Below, in pieces: positions 16,956 to 20,870 of a DNA stretch of 20,870 nucleotides. The translations under genes were made by a program, and so were the position numbers. Below the pieces are notes generated by a model, which saw nothing but the letters and a program-made list of their open reading frames with translations, was not told where the DNA came from and searched no databases. Numbering within the stretch: position 1 is the first letter of the stretch; the number at the start of each line of letters is the position of its first letter. Location: contig DXJL01000036.1 in the NCBI GenBank assembly GCA_019057635.1, forward strand, positions 1-20,870, given 5' to 3'. The stretch comes from Candidatus Heimdallarchaeota archaeon (GTDB taxonomy: Archaea > Asgardarchaeota > Heimdallarchaeia > Hodarchaeales > Hodarchaeaceae).

Positions 16956-19327
16956 GCGATACATCCCATCACTCTTTCGGGGGAGGTTTTGATCTAATTT
17001 CTCTCGAAATATATCGCTTCATGAATTATCTGGGGAAACCAGTTAAATTTGCTTTCAATGCTCCCAATATCGTCATCTCTGGTCCAACCGGTTCAGGAAA
17101 AACAACAATTTTAGATGCCCTAACATTTGCTCTATTCGGTAGAAGCTCCCGATTGGATCTTACTATTGTTAAAACAGAAGATATATGTGGGAATAATGGA
17201 AGAGTAACTTGTGAATTCCATATAGACAAAATCTATTACAAAATTATCCGTGGGAGGGACAGTAAGGGCAAAAGCTTTTTAGAACTGTTTATCAACAATG
17301 AACGGATTAATGGGAAAATTCCTGAGTTAAATGAGAAAATTCGGTCTACCATCCTTGGAATGAATTATGCTGCTTTTGTAAATTCGACGATCATTCGCCA
17401 AGATGAGATGAAATCACTGGGGTCTAAATCCTCAACAGAACGATTAAAAACATTACAAAACCTATTTCGACTGGATATTTTTAATAAAGCTATACAAGAC
17501 ACTCAAGAACAACTAATGACAATAAATGGCTTGAAAAATAAAGTAGAGGGTGAATTCCAAACAAATAAGAAGAATTTTTCCTCTAAAATACTTTTAGAAA
17601 AGAAAGTAAATCAATTAGTTCCTCAATTACAGAAATTGAAGAGTGAGGAAAAGAAGTCATTCAAGATAATCGGTGAAAAGGAACTAGAGAAGAATGAGAA
17701 ACAAGAATTACATGAAAAATTCCAAATCACTTTAGATAGTATGAAAAACTCTGAAAAACAACTTATGAAGCTTGAAAATTCAGAGAGGAAAGCAGAAGAA
17801 GAATTAAAAAAATATATGAAATTAAAAAATAATTCTATGGTTTTAGAGAAGCAAATTGAAGTAATTCGTAATCATGATGAGGAAATAAGATCTCTTGAAA
17901 GCAAGAAAAAAGAGTATACATTTGTAAAATCTGGGATAGAAAAATTGATCCAGAGACGAAGGAAAGATGAATTACGACTCAGAAAAGATACAGAAAAGAA
18001 GAATAATCTGAAAGCAGAAACAGTAAAGCGAATTGCGAACCTTACGACCGATATCGATCATAAAAAGGCTTTTCAAATCTTGCAGCAGGAGGGAAGATTA
18101 GGGGAACGAATTCAAAGAATTTCTCTTGAAAAATCATGGAAATTACCCGAAAAACTCATTCAGGAATTACAACAGGAACAATTAAACGCAAGATCTGATC
18201 TCAAAGAGTTATTAACGGAGAAAACAAAGATCAATATCGACTCTTTTAGATTATCTGAAATCCAAGACACGGAAAACCAGCTATTAGCAGAAATCGAGAA
18301 ATTAAATGAACGATTAAGCGAGTTAAAGGAATCTTCAGAGAAGGAAATCCAAGAAGAGAAAAACAAGCAAAAGAAGATTGGATTTTCTCCAGAAGTACAG
18401 AAACATCTTGATATGTTGAAAAACTCACAAATTACGAATGAAAAGATAAAAAAAGAGTATACTACAGCAAAACATAACTTAGAGTCAATAATTGATCCTA
18501 CAAGCAAGATAAATACCCTACTAAATCAAATCAAAGTGAATAAAGAAGAGATAGCAAGCTTTCGAGAGGAACTAAAAGATTATCGACAATTTCAAAAGGA
18601 GTATGAATTTCTTAAAACTGACTTGAAAGAAAAAAAAGAAAGTGCCGAAAAATTACAGATCCAATGTGTTCGCATGGATCAGGATATTAAGAACCTGCAA
18701 TTTAATATTCTAGAACTTCAAAAATTAGTGCCAGAAATTAAAAAACTTGAGAAAAAGTTGGATAAGTTTATTCAGGAAGAAAACGTTTTAATTAAACTGA
18801 AGAATGAGGTGTTTCATATAAGGGGCGCTCCTTTCTATGCAATTAACAAGATACTCCCTCATCTTGGTAAGCGTGCTTCCCTAATTTTATCAGATTTAAC
18901 AAGCCGAAGATTAACTAGTGTTCAATTAGAACGAATTGATAAAGGAAAACAAGGTTTGGGGTTCAACATTAACATCCAAACTCCTCAAGGACCTCGGGAT
19001 ATTTCAACCTTTTCTGGTGGTGAACGTACTCAAATTAATGCGGCATTAAGATTAGCGATCAGTGAAGAGCTTTCCTCATTTGGGGGAGAAATAGCTCAAG
19101 AATCAGGAACAAAGAAGACACTGTTTATTGATGAGGGAGATTTGGGATCCCTTGATACTATGGAAGCTCAACAAGCATTTGTCAAGAAACTCTTTGAATT
19201 AAGTAATAAATTCAAGATCATTTTAATTACTCACATCACAGAAATTGCGGATCAATTTCCACATTCCATTCAGATTACACGTGATACGTACGGGAGATCT
19301 ATGAAAAGTGATGCGAGTGATACATAG
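16952..19327 (+). CDS. rad50: Rad50/SbcC SMC-like ATPase lacking the CXXC zinc hook
   Basis: Walker A GPTGSGKTT, Q-loop IIRQDE, long coiled coil, signature FSGGE, Walker B/D-loop LFIDEGDLGSLD, ITH. ATGA overlap with the mre11 stop. Confidence 0.92.
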   Translation: MSDTSHHSFGGGFDLISLEIYRFMNYLGKPVKFAFNAPNIVISGPTGSGKTTILDALTFALFGRSSRLDLTIVKTEDICGNNGRVTCEFHIDKIYYKIIRGRDSKGKSFLELFINNERINGKIPELNEKIRSTILGMNYAAFVNSTIIRQDEMKSLGSKSSTERLKTLQNLFRLDIFNKAIQDTQEQLMTINGLKNKVEGEFQTNKKNFSSKILLEKKVNQLVPQLQKLKSEEKKSFKIIGEKELEKNEKQELHEKFQITLDSMKNSEKQLMKLENSERKAEEELKKYMKLKNNSMVLEKQIEVIRNHDEEIRSLESKKKEYTFVKSGIEKLIQRRRKDELRLRKDTEKKNNLKAETVKRIANLTTDIDHKKAFQILQQEGRLGERIQRISLEKSWKLPEKLIQELQQEQLNARSDLKELLTEKTKINIDSFRLSEIQDTENQLLAEIEKLNERLSELKESSEKEIQEEKNKQKKIGFSPEVQKHLDMLKNSQITNEKIKKEYTTAKHNLESIIDPTSKINTLLNQIKVNKEEIASFREELKDYRQFQKEYEFLKTDLKEKKESAEKLQIQCVRMDQDIKNLQFNILELQKLVPEIKKLEKKLDKFIQEENVLIKLKNEVFHIRGAPFYAINKILPHLGKRASLILSDLTSRRLTSVQLERIDKGKQGLGFNINIQTPQGPRDISTFSGGERTQINAALRLAISEELSSFGGEIAQESGTKKTLFIDEGDLGSLDTMEAQQAFVKKLFELSNKFKIILITHITEIADQFPHSIQITRDTYGRSMKSDASDT

Positions 19328-20870
19328 TGATTTCAGAATTCATTGAAAAAATTAAGAATACATCATATTACAAAGACCAAATTATATTTCAAAGAAGTAT
19401 TCCTGCGAAAGACCCCCAATTTGGATCCCTTACCTTCCAATTAGCTCCAGAACTTGAGCAATGGCTGAGAGAGAACGAATGGAAGCTTTATTCTCACCAA
19501 GTAGATGCCCTGAATTTTATAAATAAAGGAAAAAATGTTGTTGTAACCACTTCAACAGCATCGGGTAAAACATTAATTTTTTCATTGGCGGTAGCTCAGG
19601 CAATCACTCAAAGAGAAAATTCAACGGCATTATTTTTATATCCTATGAAAGCACTAGCTAATGATCAGCTCAGCAAAATGGAAGAACTGAACACAGTATT
19701 GGAGGGAAGACTGCGACCTTTTATTTATGATGGAGACACACCTTCTGAAAGACGACCAGCGATTCGAAATACCGCTCGGGTTATTATCTCAAATCCATAT
19801 GCCTTCCATCGCTATTTAGACTGGCATTCAAAGTGGGAACGATTTTTTCGAAATCTACGATTTTGTGTTATTGACGAGGCACATTCCTACCGAGGAGTGT
19901 TTGGTTCAAATGTAGCACAGCTTATTCGGAGATTACAAAGGATCTGTGAATTCTATCGTTCACAACCACAATTTATTCTCTCTTCAGCAACAATAAACAA
20001 TCCAAAAGAATTTGCTGAGAAGCTTATTGGTACTCCTCTTCACATCATCACGAATGATGGTTCTCAGCAAGGTTCAAAGGAATTAGTTATATGGAACCCT
20101 CCCTTTGTCGATCAATTTGATTCAAAACGAAGATCACCGCATCAAGAGACACGTGATTTACTTTTTAGCCATTTAAGTGAACATTATCAGACGCTTTGCT
20201 TCACCCTTTCAAGAAAGATGTCGGAAATCATTACAGTCTGGGCGCGTCAAGATCTCGAGAAGCACGAATTAGATCCTGAACAAGTAATGGCTTATCGAGC
20301 AGGGTATCGTCCCCTAGAACGAAGGAGAATTGAGAGCCAATTAAGGAATCGGGAAATATCTGCAGTTGTTAGTACAAATGCTCTTGAAGTAGGTATTGAT
20401 ATTGGCAATCTAGATGCAGTGCTTTTAAGTGGATTCCCAGGTACAATAATTTCAACTTGGCAACAAATCGGACGTGTTGGTAGAACTACTCGTCCTTCTC
20501 TTGCCACTCTAGTTCTCTTTGAAGACGCTTATCAGCAGTTCTTAGGGCGTCATCCAGAATATTTCCTAGAGAAGACCCCTGAAAATGCTATTATTGATTT
20601 AAACAATCCATATATTGTAAAAGGTCATATTTTGTGTGCAGCATCAGAATTACCTATTAAAAAAGCTGAAATCAGCAAAATATGGGGAGAGGTGGGGATG
20701 AAAGTAATCAAAGAATTATTAAAGCAGGATGTTCTAAAACTAGTTCCTGCAGGTATAGTTCCCAAGTCAATTAAGCATCCTTCACAACAAGTCAGTTTAA
20801 ATTCAGCATTTACAGAGTCTATTGAGATTATAGTGAGTGAAAAGTTGTTAGAAACGATGACAACGGCCCA
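19327..20870 (+). CDS. SF2 DEAH-box helicase of the MrfA/YprA/Hrq1/SftH type (DUF1998-associated); continues beyond right edge
   Basis: Not in ORF track. GTG at 19327 overlaps the rad50 TAG; frame open to window end. Motifs LYSHQ, TSTASGKT, YPMKALANDQ, YDGDTP, SNP, VIDEAHSYRGVFGSNVA, SSATINNP, AYRAGY, STNALEVGIDIG, QQIGRVGR, NPYIVKGHILCAASELP. Confidence 0.92.
   Translation, partial: MISEFIEKIKNTSYYKDQIIFQRSIPAKDPQFGSLTFQLAPELEQWLRENEWKLYSHQVDALNFINKGKNVVVTTSTASGKTLIFSLAVAQAITQRENSTALFLYPMKALANDQLSKMEELNTVLEGRLRPFIYDGDTPSERRPAIRNTARVIISNPYAFHRYLDWHSKWERFFRNLRFCVIDEAHSYRGVFGSNVAQLIRRLQRICEFYRSQPQFILSSATINNPKEFAEKLIGTPLHIITNDGSQQGSKELVIWNPPFVDQFDSKRRSPHQETRDLLFSHLSEHYQTLCFTLSRKMSEIITVWARQDLEKHELDPEQVMAYRAGYRPLERRRIESQLRNREISAVVSTNALEVGIDIGNLDAVLLSGFPGTIISTWQQIGRVGRTTRPSLATLVLFEDAYQQFLGRHPEYFLEKTPENAIIDLNNPYIVKGHILCAASELPIKKAEISKIWGEVGMKVIKELLKQDVLKLVPAGIVPKSIKHPSQQVSLNSAFTESIEIIVSEKLLETMTTA

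Noticed and set aside
17180-17215. C-x7-C pair (ICGNNGRVTC) as a displaced zinc hook
   Set aside because: Lies in the N-terminal ATPase head, wrong spacing and position for an apex hook.
12998-20507. Minus-strand ORFs overlapping the nurA-to-helicase operon
   Set aside because: Antisense shadows of strongly supported genes.
13034-20870. Assignment to named defence systems (Wadjet, Lamassu, DISARM, Druantia, Sir2-HerA)
   Set aside because: Required partners (kleisin/JetD, LmuA effector, methylases, DruA-D, Sir2) are not in the window; composition fits NurA-HerA-Mre11-Rad50.
1-20870. CRISPR arrays, tRNA/rRNA genes, IS elements
   Set aside because: No regularly spaced repeats, GC-rich structured RNA stretch, transposase motif or terminal inverted repeats seen by eye; small RNAs cannot be excluded without covariance searches.

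Overview
AT-rich prokaryotic window, most likely archaeal and plausibly Asgard/Heimdallarchaeia-like. That assignment is inferred from an MfnA-type decarboxylase, a PGF-type C-terminal sorting tail on a solute-binding protein, GGTG/GGAG ribosome-binding sites and oligo-T terminators. It contains three modules. (1) 1-8237, mostly minus strand: a ycjM/N/O/P/V-like glycoside cluster, with a GH13_18 phosphorylase (runs off the left edge, absent from the ORF track), an MggS-like GT4 glycosyltransferase and a CUT1 ABC importer. One permease carries a large extra membrane domain and the binding protein has a C-terminal anchor. (2) 8900-12490, minus strand: MfnA-like PLP decarboxylase, a Tat-less reductive dehalogenase-like enzyme without RdhB, and a D-2-hydroxyacid dehydrogenase. 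(3) 13034 to the right edge, plus strand: a tightly coupled five-gene operon nurA-herA-mre11/sbcD-rad50/sbcC-MrfA/Hrq1-type DEAH helicase (the helicase is absent from the ORF track). The Rad50 has no CXXC zinc hook and several components carry bacterial-type signatures. Spacers between modules hold apparent 3' gene relics on the plus strand. No CRISPR array, rRNA, tRNA or transposase was recognised. All family calls come from motif recognition by eye; no searches were run.
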